Assembly (NCBI GenBank): GCA_002269645.1
Contig: NIVC01002016.1
Location: forward strand, 95,431-159,430
DNA: 64,000 nt
Source: Macrostomum lignano
Lineage: Eukaryota
Direction: 5' to 3'
Shown here: in pieces, positions 39,589 through 53,496 of the stretch
How the letters are laid out: each line of letters begins with the position of its first letter
Position numbering within the stretch: the stretch's first letter is position 1
Notes under the pieces: generated by a model
Database searches by the model: none
What the model saw: only the letters and a program-made list of their open reading frames with translations
What the model was told of the DNA's origin: nothing
Translations under genes and position numbers: made by a program

Positions 39589-39930
39589 TGTGGAAACTGA
39601 TAGGATCTCCCGGTCACGTGATTCTGGGTAGCAACAAGCTTAGCCAATCAGAAAATTCGGCGCTCATTTTAACAAATCCGCTCAGCCAATCAGAATCGAC
39701 GTGTTCCATTATAACAAACTGCGGTCCAGTTGGCGGCTATTTAAACCGGTGTTTTTGGCCCGCTCGGACTCCAACTTGCTCGGGCCCAGCACGCAACTTC
39801 TGGTTCCCGGAGCGCGACCGTCGTTTCTTGATCCCGGGATTGCGACTTCCCCCCCTCATCATCAAGGACGAGTCCCCCGGTCATTAGCAGCGAACATCAC
39901 TGCTAGCTAGCTAACAGCGAAGATTGTGAC
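39589..39930 (+). promoter_or_regulatory. LTR-like/promoter-like segment with two AGCCAATCAG CCAAT boxes, an E-box (CACGTG) and a TATTTAAA TATA-like box
   Basis: CCAAT boxes near 39643 and 39685; CTATTTAAA near 39737. No second LTR or TSD found. Confidence 0.35.
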
Positions 39931-41149
39931 AGCATCATCCCGAGTCTACAGCTGCAGAGCATCGAGCCGATTCGGTCACTGTGGAATACCTGGTCTCCGG
40001 CTGTTGAGTTTCTGATTGGTTGGGTGAGAGGCTACCTAGACTTGCTTGATTGGGTGATCCCTTTTCTGTCCCCTGTTGCAGTAGCTGGATTAGGCGCACA
40101 CTTTGGCTCTTTTTTTCAGTAGTGCTGTTGCTGAGGCAGAAGACATTCAATAATACTGCTAGTAGTCTAAACTCCAATTCAATCTTTAGACTACTGAAGT
40201 GATGAAGTGAAGTGATCTAAGAAGGTTAAATCTAACAGTTATTTTTATCGGTTTTATTTCTTTGTTCGCCGATGGCTCAGATGAGTAGCTAAGCTAGTAG
40301 GCGCCGGTCACAGTGGACCAATGGCAAGGCAGTTCTCAGTCAATCAATCTATCAAATCAGTGAACAAAATTGCCAGTAGTGTAGAATCGGCGTCAGAGAT
40401 GTACTTTGTGCACTCTAGGTTCGCCAAGCGGCTCGGGTAATGAATCATGCGGTTTCTGAAGTTCGAGTTAGTCTATCATCAGCGCTATGAGAGGCTAGTT
40501 GGCGCGTTGAAGGCCAAAAGTACATATCTTCGTATTTAGCAATGTAATAGTACATGTAGCTACCCCATAGTCTCGCCACTGCAAGAATCCCCTGCACAAG
40601 TCCCCTCTGTACCTGCATGGCCAAAGCGATCAAGTCCCAGCAGTGTCCCTTATCATCGGCTATGACTTCGAGATTGACAGCAAAAAGACACTAGTTGGCA
40701 GGTAAGTGCAAAGCCCCCTCTAGTCGGAAGCCCGATTTCGAGAGTCCCGGTGTGGTGAGCCAGGACGTACGGGCTGGTGGCAGCGAGTTAGCTAATCTGC
40801 GGATTAACTAATTTCTACCTTTAAAATTCTCCCTGCTTGTCTCTCACTGTCCCTTTCTTAGCTATAGGACCTAGACTGCTCGCCACACGATCAAGCTACC
40901 ATGGGGCTGACCATCTGATAGGAGTGGGGGGCCAGGACTCTAATTGATTTATTTCTGAGACCTGAGGCCCGAAGGCTTCCCCACAAGGGGGCCGAAAGGT
41001 CGAAACCCATCACTAGCATCATAGCGGCAATTTCTATGGTTGGGTGAGCAAAAGTAATGTCTTCCGCACTGTTTTTGTTCATTACCAGCGTCACACAACA
41101 GCAGCAGAGAAGCTTCTTCAATCAGCGGGAGGCCTGTTGACCCTCTCGG

Positions 41150-41790
41150 ACGGAATTCCGTCCACGCTCTGCCCTCCGCTCAAATCAACTCCCAAATCAA
41201 CTCCGCCTCTGCAGGCTACGGCTACTGCATCGTGTCTGGAGGGAGAACTGTAGCGACCTTCTCTTAGCACACCGGCACCTGCTCCACCGTCTTCCAGAAC
41301 GAAGTTCTCACCATCAGCTCCTGCGCCATGGAGCTGTATAATCAGCGCGTCTGGGGGAAGGAATTACCCTCCACTCGGACAGCCACTCGGACAGTCGCTA
41401 CCTCCAGGGAAAAATCCGCAGTGAGGAATGCCCATTCTGCCTCTCCGGTGTCGAGAATGCGGAGCACTTCATCTGTGAATGCCCCGCCTTTACTCAGGAC
41501 AGGCTCACCTACCTCGGCCCAAACCCGGACCTCTCCGACGTTTTCAAGCCCGAGAATCTCTGCCAGCTCGTCCGCTACCTAAAGGCTACCGGGCGAGCGA
41601 CGTCCACCTCCTGGACCCTCCGGAGGGGGACCGCGCTGCGGACGCCGGCACCACCGGAACTCCCTGCGGGACACCGCAGCACTAGCTGCCCGTGGTCGCC
41701 AGGGGCTAGCGAAATGGGCGGCAATGCCTCCTCGCTGTTTCCGGACGCACGGAGCCCCCTGCAGCTAAGTCAAAGTAATTAAGTCAAGCC
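41150..41790 (+). mobile_element. 3' fragment of an RNase H-containing LINE (I-group, Loa/R1-like), internally deleted
   Basis: Frames give AGYGYCIV...STVFQNEVLTISSCAMEL (RNase H) and ECPFCLSGVENAEHFICECPAF...LVRYLKATGR (C-terminal CCHC knuckle); tail of AAGTCA-like repeats. Confidence 0.85.
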
Positions 41791-42410
41791 CTCGCTTAAA
41801 AAGACCAATCATTAAGGTCAAAGTGAGAATGATCATTGAGAATGACGAACGAGTCCCCTGTCATATACATTTAGATCTACCTAAGATATAGAGAAATGAC
41901 ACTACTGATACTGACGATAAAGACAGTTTCACCTCTCTTTTTTCGTCAGATATAAATCAATTTTGTATTTCGAACATGCAAGCAAATCAATTAAATAAAA
42001 AGCTACTCAATCAAACTAAGATTGATGCATGCACTGCAGAGACTACTGACGAAATTGAGTTCAGTAGTTGATTTTCGCGCTGTCGCGAGTTGCAATGTTT
42101 CTTTCACAATGGCTTTTATGGAAGCATAAGTGGTTAATGAGTGGCCCATCTTGTGCATATATAATCTTTACAAAAGCAGAGGACTTGTTTCGGAGCGGAA
42201 ATGGAGCGGAAATTCAAATTGAAGTAAACTACCAAATATGGAATATTTTAAGTAGAGACCATTTTTGCGACCAGTTTGCAAAACTTTGTTTACATTTACA
42301 AGTTTGCCAAATTGTGCACAACTGCCATTTAAGGGGTGAAAGATAAGCCTTAGAATTATAAATATAACCCCTGCCATTATCATTTAAGTAAGGCTTAAAC
42401 TGTTGACATC

Positions 42411-42866
42411 ATGAGCATTCGAGTCGCTCTGCTTTTTATTGTCATTTTAACATTTTCGAGAAGAGTCACCAGTGAGGATCGAAGGCAACAGATCAGCCGG
42501 GACCTTCAGCAGATCTGTGACGCTCTGACTAGCACAGCCTCGAACACTTCCGCGCTGGCTGATCTGGTTAAGAAAGAGCTGAAATCTTGGCGGGATGTGG
42601 AGACCTGCAGTGCAGACGGTGTGGTCATCTCTGTAAAAATGAGCGATGGCTTTCAACAGTGCTGGAACTCCGTTAACCTGGAGGCTTACGCTCAGTGCCT
42701 GGAAAGGTCTTCGTTTTTCTGTGATATTACAACTAAGCCGACGCTAAAACAAAAGTGCGATATTCATCCACTAGCCCTCCTAGCCATTGTTGGCGGCTCC
42801 ATTGCTGTGTCTGCAGTGCTGTTTTCGGTGAAAGCCTATATTCGACGGCGGCGCATGAGGCAGATG
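42411..42866 (+). CDS. Small secreted-ectodomain type-I membrane protein of unknown family, exon 1 (152 aa)
   Basis: Signal peptide [21 protein letters not shown]; ectodomain of about 95 aa with six Cys; [22 protein letters not shown]; stop-transfer RRRR; donor ATG|GTAAGT. The terminal exon(s) lie at about 44445-44535 and are ambiguous. Confidence 0.85.
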
Positions 42867-42876
42867 GTAAGTGTAG

Positions 42877-44434
<1,558 letters not shown>

Positions 44435-46439
44435 GGCTAATCAGGTGAAATCTGGTAGGCATTTCTCATTCAAATGAATCCACTGTACTATTGCAGACGG
44501 TGAATCATGTGCGACTTTTATGACGGTAGCCTGAAGGACGCCGTACATTTTTTACTCTTCCAAACTGTTTTTATGTCATTATTAATCGATAGCATGCTTT
44601 TAGAGTTAATTATTAACACTAATATTCCTCCCATTATCAAGGGTCGGTACATTTTCTGGCTTGCAATGCAGTTTGGTCTGCTCACTGCATCCTTAATTAG
44701 CAAAAGTCAATAGGCACATTTACGCTCGTGTGTCTAGAATCAGCTTTTAAGGTTTGCAGCCTGCCTGCCTGTAGAGTTTAACGCACTCGGACAATAATAA
44801 ATCTGCATAAATCTGCCACCTACTCAAACAATACTGTATACAGTAAGTACTAATGCAGTTTGCATGGCGATTCGTGTACTGTTAGAATAAAGTACATGTT
44901 ACTTACGAACTATATCCACTATTGATTTTTTCCCGTGTGCGATTGTGATTGGAATTTGCAATATACTATTCGGATAGTAAACTGAAAGCCACAGCAGAAG
45001 CTACCGTGAAAATTTATTGCTCTTAAATCAATGTCCTAATTATTTATTTAAATTTCCACCCTTTCAATATCTGATTCAAGGCTAATATCAAAGTAAAGAA
45101 AGTTGCTTCATACAGTGACCCATATACATGTAGCTAAATGTACATGCATATCTCGTAATCTTTGACTCTCAGGCCATGTTTATGACAGCCTGATAACAAC
45201 AGGAAGTGCCGGCCCCAACCACAGTAGTCAATGTAATTACAAGTCTGACTCGGAGAAGCAATCTGGTATCAACAGGTGGCTACATGTATAGGCAGAGGAA
45301 CCAGTGGGGCAAAGCCCTCAAATTTTAATGTGGGGGGGGGCATGACTCACCTACCCATTTGATAGGAAATCAAACATATTTAAATAATGCATACTGAAAA
45401 ATTCAGCATACATACATCTTATCGACTAATTGGGCCAAGACTGCCGGCTTCAACACTTTTATAAATGTTCCCGAAGCCCATCATATGCGATGTACATATA
45501 AATTTAAGTTTGTACACCAACAGTACAATTTGATGCGGTGTAAACAAACTTTTAGCCAAGCTGAACATGTCGAGAATAATATTTTAATAATGAAATATTG
45601 ATAATAGATCGGCGTCCAATTTTTGTAGGTTCCCCGCTTCTCCTATTTCCGAAACCGCCAGCAACAAAAGTGTATTCAGTGTTCAATTTTTAAACCCAGT
45701 TCATCGGCCTTAGCATGATGAAAAAACAGCATGGAACTTTCTGAAGGCCCACCAGCCTCCCTTCGTTCCAACAAATTGATAGTGAACAAAAGAAAAGCCA
45801 CTAAAAAGACATGCGTGTGACGAGGTCGAGGTGGGTTTGTATTGACTAAACCCCTGTCTAAACTGTATTTATAATTTCAGTTCCTTTAAAATTTAGAAAG
45901 AAACTCCTTTGAATTTTGACTCGTGCAGAATTTAAATGGGTGGGGGCATGTACCCCCCCCCCCTCTCAACACCGTGGTTAAACAGTTCTGTCAAATTTAA
46001 ACAGAATCGCAGACAATTTTTTAAATAAACGACTCGTTTTATTGGTTATTGATGGCGATTTTATTTTTCCGTTAACAGGGCAATTGGAGGGCATCACATA
46101 CGCTCATAATTCGTATCAGCACCCCAAAGCTTTAAGCCGTACGGTGTGGGAACTTAGGTGAAGATCGATCATTTCGCGGATGGGAGGTCAGACTACTTAA
46201 AAATTTTACGATCGAGTACTATATTTGCTCTTGGAAAGTCGTTCTTATTGCGACGCCTCTTGTTCACAGCACATCGCTTTTGAGCTTCGCTGCAACTGCT
46301 CTGAAGTGCAGTTACATGTAGATGTACAGTGTACAATGTACTTTGTGCATGTGATAAGTGCATCCTGAGTTGCTTTGTATTCAATAATTTGCTGAAAATA
46401 AATACTGTACTACTAGACCGCGTCGGCATAAATGCATGT

Positions 46440-46720
46440 ACTTAGAGACTTGACATACTTGACTCAACTGCAGGGCATCGTCCGGCGGATGCAGCGAGGA
46501 GGCGGAGGAGACCGCCAATTTCGCTAGCCCCTGGCGACCAATGACTTCCATCGAAGTGATGTCGCTCAGGGGGACCCGTCGGTCTCGCCTGCAGCGCGGT
46601 CCTCCTCACCGGCGAACGCGGTCAGGAAGAACTCAGCTCGTCCCGTGTCCCTGAGGTACCGGGCGAGTAGCGGTATGCTTTCGGGCCTGCAAACGTCGGA
46701 GAGACGTTTGCTCACCAGTC
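46440..46720 (-). mobile_element. 3' end of a LINE related to the 41150-41790 element
   Basis: LSDVCRPESIPLLARYLRDTGR versus LSDVFKPENLCQLVRYLKATGR; shared 3' UTR GGTCGCCAGGGGCTAGCGAAAT(T/G)GGCGG...GCCTCCTCGCTG...CCCTGCAG and an AGTCAAG tail. Confidence 0.85.
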
Positions 46721-47563
46721 GATCCATCCTTAGATAAGGCCGGGTCGCAGTAAATTGATGAGAGCGAACAGCTGCATTTTGGTATCGCTTTATTTTGCTG
46801 CCATTTACCGCTCCAGAACTCAACGCTTAATGACCTTCAACTACTACTTCCCACTGTTAAGAAAAGTTTATCTACTTTTTATGGCGTCGAAACTATACTG
46901 CATGTTGCATATAAATTTAAAGTAGTTGCAGCCATTTAGATGTAGACCCATGTCTGTGGTAGTCCAGCCATTCAGAATTGATTGAAAGATTTGGAGCGGG
47001 TGCAATCGACACTTGCATGCATAAAAAACAATATTCATCAGGTCATCAGCTTTGACTCTTCCTCAATACGCGTGAGCAATACGAAATTAGACGCAAATCA
47101 CTTCTGCAGTTGTTGCGAGGCCGCGTAGCCTAGGCAACTTGAGACTTCTCGCTTGAGTATCCATGCAGCCATAGGTCCATTGTCAAATATACCGGTAGTA
47201 GTCCGCTCAGTGCAGTGAGATCATCCGCAATGTACAGAAAAACTCCGATGAGCCGGAGCCATTTTGAATTATTTATGCATGGTATCCAAGTGTGCGCCAC
47301 TCCACTGCTCACGAATGGACGGTCTTAGCGCTGGCTTAGGATTGGCAGAGACGATAGAATTTTCCATAGCTATGCTTATTTGGGCTGAGGACTCAGGATA
47401 GAAAAGGCGTATAGCTATCTCTTGTAACAAGGCACTATTGGAAAGTAAGATAAGTATGGCTCTGTTTTCAAAAACAACTATAGCATCCTAAACTTCGGAT
47501 CCAAAAAGACGCTGAAAAATTTTCTGCTTCCGTTTTCCCGCTTGGCCACCAGTCATCGGCGCC

Positions 47564-49115
47564 ATGGTGGAAAGACGCGGCGGAAACGATAAAACGGCTG
47601 CCAAGGCGACAGTCGACTCTATTCTCACTAGTCCGCCGAAGAATGCTCAGCAGTTGTACGCCGCGTTGCTTGACGAGGTGCGTGTTATTCGTAAGGAGCT
47701 CGGCCTGCTCGACAAGGAGTTCTACGAGGATGCCAGCTCCCTGGAATTCGTTTCCCGCTGGATGCCGGTGGTTCGCGAGGCCATGCGCTGCCACAATCTG
47801 GCTGAGCTCAACTCCCTGCGCCAGATTCAATCAGTCATCTTCCTGGCCCGCGACCCCGACGTGAAGGAGATGTACCCGGGCCTGACACCGGTCGGGCCGG
47901 ACACGTGCGCTCAGCTTTGCCAGCTGCAGAACAAACTATTAGCTTTCATGCCAGGACGCTTCACTCTAGTCATGGACAAGCTGGGACGCGTGCACAGTCT
48001 GTGCGAAAAATACCTTCTGTCATTTCATAGCAGCGACTCTCCGTACCAAATCGACACGGCTCAGAAGTACATGCTTAGCCGTCGTACCTGGGCAAATCAG
48101 GCTGCCGAGAGGGCAAAAGCAGTGCTGTACAATTCCCACCTATTCCTGCACGAGTCCCTCAGCGTCAGCCGGCTAGCGCGAGGCGCAACCGATCTCCTGC
48201 GCCGGGCAGACGCTTCCTCGGCGCCGTTCCTCGGTCTGTTCGCTGACGCCTGCGAGAACCTGCGCGCAAGCCTGGACTCTCTGGTTGATTGGATCAGCTC
48301 GGACAGGAACTACCCGGTGAGACTGAAGATCGACTTGTCGACGCTGGAAAAGAATCGAGTGGAGCTGGAAAAACTGGCGAAAGCGCAGCGACACCAGCTG
48401 CATATGGCGCAGTACCGCAGCAAATCTCTGCAATCGGAAAAGGCAAAGCTTCACGTCGAGCTTCAAGCGATGGCAGACAGAGAGGCTGAATTGCTTTTTG
48501 AAGAAGAGCAGCTCCAACAGGATCTGGGAAATGCCAAGTTGGACCTCGAGATCAAGGAATTTCGCAAGGAGGAGCTACGCCGAGAGGTCAAAGAAAGCAC
48601 CAGCGCCTCGAATGCGGCCGCAATGGACGCGGAGCTGTCCAGCCTAACAGAGCAGCTTCGAAGGCTCCGGTCGGACATGCCGCAGATGGAGCGGAAGCTG
48701 GTCAGCCTGCGCTCCAAGCTAGTTGTCATCGAGGAAAAGCAGAAACGCTTCGCCGAAGTTACTACGGCGCTCAACGACACGGAGGCACTGATGACGAAGC
48801 TGCGTGCCGAGGTGTCTGACGCTGGCGCACAACTGCAGAAGGCGGAGCAAACGCTTGAACGCTGCGCCGAAATTTACCGATTGAAGATGAGTGCAGAAAC
48901 GCCAGAGAGAATCTTCTTCGGCCTGCCGCTCGACGGTCTGGAAAAGGAGCAACAGAAATCTACGCAGCAGCAGCAGTCCATGAACGCAAACGGTGGGAAG
49001 AGCCAGTCTGCGCCAGGCAGCGGCCCTTCTCAGTTGTCGTCAAGAGGCGGAGAGATTCCCTCCGCAACTCCGTTTGGGCACCATGCGAATGCATCGTCAA
49101 CTGCAAGCACAGTTG
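47564..49115 (+). CDS. Coiled-coil plus Death-domain protein, exon 1
   Basis: Kozak GCCATGG; long heptad/E-K-rich coiled coil (about aa 260-440); donor GTTG|GTTAGT, phase 1. Confidence 0.88.
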
Positions 49116-49181
49116 GTTAGTCGGTTGGGGATGTCAACTTAAGCACCAGAATAAAGCTCGAAGTAAAGCTTCAGACCAAAA

Positions 49182-49626
49182 TGTGGTGACCGGAACAACG
49201 GATTAGCTAATGTATATACATACTAATACATACTAATGTATTTCAGTGCTTAAGATCAAAGATGAGCAAGCATATTAGTATAAGATTAAAAGACAGAACG
49301 GTGGATATTAACGATGGTATGCGACCGAGGGAACTGTAGAGTGGGAGATATAGCCATAGACTATACACTAGTGTGACAAGCTTTGACTGGGGCTACGTCA
49401 TGTCCCTCTGTAACGGGAGTGACGTGAACATTGATACGAACAGTAAGAAGATTTCCTAATACTTTGTTGTCAAGGAGCCGAGGCGAGAACATACGCTATA
49501 GTGTTATCAGAGGCTGTTTAGCATGTCGTAACATTTCAAACAATGACACGTGATGGTCGGTCACGGAACAAAGCGGTCGGGGGCCCGCCGCCGGCGATTG
49601 AGCGTTTATAGCGTAATTCATATCGC
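49182..49626. mobile_element. About 445-bp intronic insertion flanked by a 68-bp direct duplication
   Basis: 49114-49181 is identical to 49644-49711. The element family is not identified. Confidence 0.55.
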
Positions 49627-50129
49627 TCAGGTCTGTTTGCTTGTGGTTAGTCGGTTGGGGATGTCAACTTAAGCACCAGAATAAAGCTCGAAGTAAAGCT
49701 TCAGACCAAAAGCGATTGGAATCAAAATTCCACGAGCGCATGTCCCCTGGGAGCTTAAGTGAGGAACCTGGATGGGGATGTCTGGGCGTCTCTAGTCAAC
49801 TGGTCTGACTGAAAATGTATCTTTTTAAGGGTATCCTTGGAGTATTCAAAGTTCAACTATTGTTAATGTCCGTTTTGTTTCGTTTTGGTTGATGCCCGGT
49901 GGGGAAGAGTTGCCATCAATTCGCTTCTTACATTTGACAAACCGAGCACTTCCACTCGAGCTTTAGCAACTTACACTTTGCTCTTTACGAATGCTTCCAA
50001 ATAATCTTTTTTCAGGCGACAAAAGAATGCGTCGTTCGGAGACGGCTGAAATAAATGGTAATTTTGAACAGCTGTTGACAGTTAAGCTAAAAAATCAGCT
50101 AATAAATATTTTCATTTACTCAATTTTAG

Positions 50130-50560
50130 CCGGCAGCGCATTCGATCAGGTCTGTTTGCTTGTGGCGCACAAAATTGAGCGCGACTGGAAGCGGCTCTAC
50201 CGGGCACTGCCGTTTGTGCCGCAGCGCAGTCGGGAGACCATCGACCGGGACATCGCCGAGTTGCAGCGCAGTTTTGTTGCCGATTCGCTGTTCGAGTGCG
50301 CCTGGCGGGCTATCCAACGCTGGCGGCGCTATCACCGGCGGGCCAAGCTGCTGGAGCTGCGGTCCGCTCTCGAGCGCATGCGGCGCGGGGACGTTGTCGA
50401 CGATATCGACGCCTTCCTGCGGCCACCGGACGGCGAGCCCCGGTCGGCGAAGGACGACAAGCACAATGATCCGCTGCCGGAACATCTTGACAAGCAGCTG
50501 ATGGCGTTCTACCGACATCTGGAGCCGGCCGATTCGCAGCAGCACGACGTTGTAAATTAA
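50130..50560 (+). CDS. Coiled-coil plus Death-domain protein, exon 2 (Death domain); spliced product about 660 aa
   Basis: Acceptor TTTTAG|CC, phase 1 matches. VAHKIERDWKRLYRALPF...IDRDI...LFECAWRAIQRWRR...LRSALERMRRGDVVD fits the Death-domain pattern. Confidence 0.9.
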
Positions 50561-52623
50561 TAACATGCAATTAGCAGTCGACATGGTAAAGTACATACTT
50601 TACCATGTCACCGATAAAGTAGCACGCACGACTTCTCGTTTCTCTGCTAGTTTTATGGCCTTGCAAATAAACTGCTCTTCTTTTTATTTTCTTAATAAGT
50701 TTTCGATATAGAAACAGACTCTCATTGCTACAGGCGAAACAAACTGTTTGAATAAATTGGCACATGCAAAATTTAATTAAAAACGCAAACAATCAAAACA
50801 GTTTGCGAAGCATGAAAGCGTACTGCTTGCTGACCGTTGCAGTCTTAAAAAACTTGTAGTTCACATTAGCTTCTATACTGTGTGCCCGAAAGTGAGATTC
50901 GAACTTGCGATAGCCCTGGACCGCTGTCTGAGTTCTTATCTTACCTATTAACAATTGTTAACTGTGATGGGCTCAGACAAATCTTTAAAGAATTCTATAT
51001 AGCCCGTATAACTAGCTTTTTTGCACAAGCAAAAAACTTCCTTTAACATTCGTTTCTTGCTACTTACATGTACTCTTCAGTAAGTTCTGATGAATAACAA
51101 CACGCGTCGGCCTACTCTCATCCGACGTATATGTAAACGAGTACGAAACTCGCGACTCCGTATGCGTACAGCGCTGCCACATCTGCAGACTAAAGTGTCA
51201 TTTTTAGCGCCCCTGCAAGCAAGTAATGAATACTTTGCAACTTATGCACTTGACTGTTATGCATGAGCCCCTAGTTCGATTCCGTGCGCTTTGAGGACAT
51301 TCATTTGGGACCTTGATTCACACCCAAGAGGGTCAAACACCAAAGCACAGAGTGTACACACCTGACGATTAGAAAGTCAGGGCCGCCGTACACGTCAAGT
51401 CAAAGCACTCTGGTTAAACTTCGATAAAACCGGACGGACATCTCTCATACAGCTATAGTAGTGACAAGCTAGCGGAGTGTGCATAGCCATAAGCTAGAAA
51501 TGATTGGCCCCATTCGTCGTCACTTTGAGTGCAGCACGTCAATGCAGCAGTTGCAATCTACCAATTGGTGCATGCAGTGAGTACAGGGATTTTTTTGAAA
51601 GAAAAAATATCGATCCCACAGCAGTTCTGTTCTCCAGTCCGTCTAGAGCGCTAAGCGGATTTTCCCGCTCTTCCTACAGAATCGATCTGTGAACTGAACT
51701 ACTCGGGGCGCTCGCTAGACAGCGGAATCAAAAAACTCATGCTTGACTTTGCGAACCCCAAATTTCAGCAATACCGCCGCTTCCACGAGGCTGCATAGCT
51801 GACCCTTCCGGAAAATTAGAAGAACAACTAAACTCGCGCATAAAGTCCATTACTTTTCTTATAGTTTTTTTTTTATTTCGACACATTCGGACGACAATTC
51901 CACGAGCAAAATCCCAGTTTGTTGTGCAAGTCTTTATTAAATTGGCATTTATTGATTACTTCAACAATAGTTAGAGCAAAGGACAGAGAGAGAGATAGAG
52001 AGAAAGAGAGAGGGAGAGCACGGCTCGGGAAGCAGACCAGACTGGCAATAAAAATTTGATTCAACCCATTCCGTTCATTGTGGGGGAGCAAATAACCAGA
52101 TAGACAGAGAAAAGAGCAGCAGCAGCAGATATAGATAAAGCAACAGGACAATAAAAAATTGCATAAGTCCACGACGACTAAACAGTTCAAGGACATCTAC
52201 TAAGTCTAAGACTGCCCGAATCTTTTCCAATTATACAATAAACAATAGCATATATCGATTTTGGAAGAATGCCAAAATGACGCAACTCACTGAAGTCTCT
52301 ACCATATAATAAAGACTTTATGCAAGCTTTATACCGAAGCAATAATAACGTACTAACTAATGGAAAGAGGTACATACAAAGTAATAAATAAGCCTATTGC
52401 CCCGGGACAATCACCAATTGTAACAAAAAGAGAAAACTATGAGACAGAGGAAAAAAGCAACAGCGAAAAGTACAGACAACAAAATCGGGGCTGAATAAGC
52501 AACAATTCTAAAATCCCGCTTAACTAATTATATAGATTAGGTGCAAAAATTAAATGATAACTCAACAAATTAACAATAAGCGCTCTCACTCGCTTTGGGG
52601 ACAAAGAATAATGATTTATAGAT

Positions 52624-52806
52624 CGGGGGTCGGCAAACTCTCTTTTAACTTAACCGGCCAGATATAGAAGCTAGCGCATGACCAAATGAGAAGAGATAGG
52701 GAGAGGTGAGAGGAGAGGCGAGAGGAGGGTAGATCATTGTGAGGTTTCAAAGGACCCGAGGGCCGGATAGAGAGGCTTCGCGGGCGACAGAGTTTGCCGA
52801 CCCCTG
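52624..52806. mobile_element. hAT (Charlie-like) MITE
   Basis: TIRs C(G/A)GGGGTCGGCAAACTC; the TSD is poorly preserved (TTATAGAT versus ATATACTA). Confidence 0.75.
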
Positions 52807-53332
52807 ATATACTAAGGTAAGTTAAATATATTAAACATTCAGCATGTCCAAAAATAAATCATGGCAGGTCAACACTGCCGAAATGTAAACGACGGCTTGG
52901 TGGCGTGTTGGGAGAATTTGGCGGGGAGAAAGACTGCCGACTATCCCCACAGGCCAATTAGCCCCCCCCCCCGGAAACAAGCAAAATGTTAAACGAACCT
53001 CAATTTGCAAAAAGAGAGAACAAAGGATCAATAAAATTAATATGATCAACAAAGTATTCTATGGATTAAGAGAGAGACACAAATAAAGCAATGACAATGT
53101 TAGACACGTAGGCAGAAGTCAGCCAATCACTCAGTCGCAGGTAGGTGAGTCAACACCAAAACAGTAGGGTATGCTTATGCAAAAATCAAGGTTTTCTCAC
53201 AGATTATTCGCCTATACTACTTATTATAATTTTTTATTATAAATAGACTTTAGTAGGCAAATATTGTTTTTATTATTAATTACCTTCTCTCGTTTACTCA
53301 TTATTAACGAGAAGTTTACCTGCGCTGAGCAT

Positions 53333-53422
53333 CTAGCCTCGTTTGGACAGTTCATTCGACAGCCAGTCCAGACCTTCGTACAGGCCTTGGCCCTGCGTGG
53401 CGCAAGTCTGTTGGATGTACCA
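53333..53422 (-). CDS. ARF4: Class II ADP-ribosylation factor, last exon
   Basis: TTGCAG|[29 protein letters not shown]; ATQG and NELSKR are class II (ARF4/5) hallmarks. Confidence 0.95.
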   Translation of the reverse strand, partial: WYIQQTCATQGQGLYEGLDWLSNELSKRG

Positions 53423-53496
53423 CTGCAATTTGTTACCGCATAGTATATAGTTAACAAATAGCGGTTCACACTGACTCTTACAACCCAAAAAATCAC

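Noticed and set aside
39589-40985. Solo LTR bounded by TGTGG...CCACA
   Set aside because: No matching TSD at any candidate right end; kept only as a low-confidence promoter-like feature.
40950-41060. Hammerhead-ribozyme-like CTGAG...GGCCGAAAGGTCGAAAC
   Set aside because: The core lacks CUGANGA, and the best stem III ends in UG rather than UH; at most a decayed remnant.
41725-41775. GCCTCCTCGCTG resembling the HDV ribozyme P3/L3
   Set aside because: The P3 3' strand and P1 pairing are absent, and it lies at the LINE 3' end; better explained as the 3' recognition hairpin.
47130-47312. YIADD in a short minus-strand ORF as a reverse-transcriptase motif
   Set aside because: No other RT motifs are readable nearby.
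50884-50912. tRNA T-arm-like GTTCGAATCTCAC on the minus strand
   Set aside because: Only a B-box fragment, with no A box or cloverleaf.
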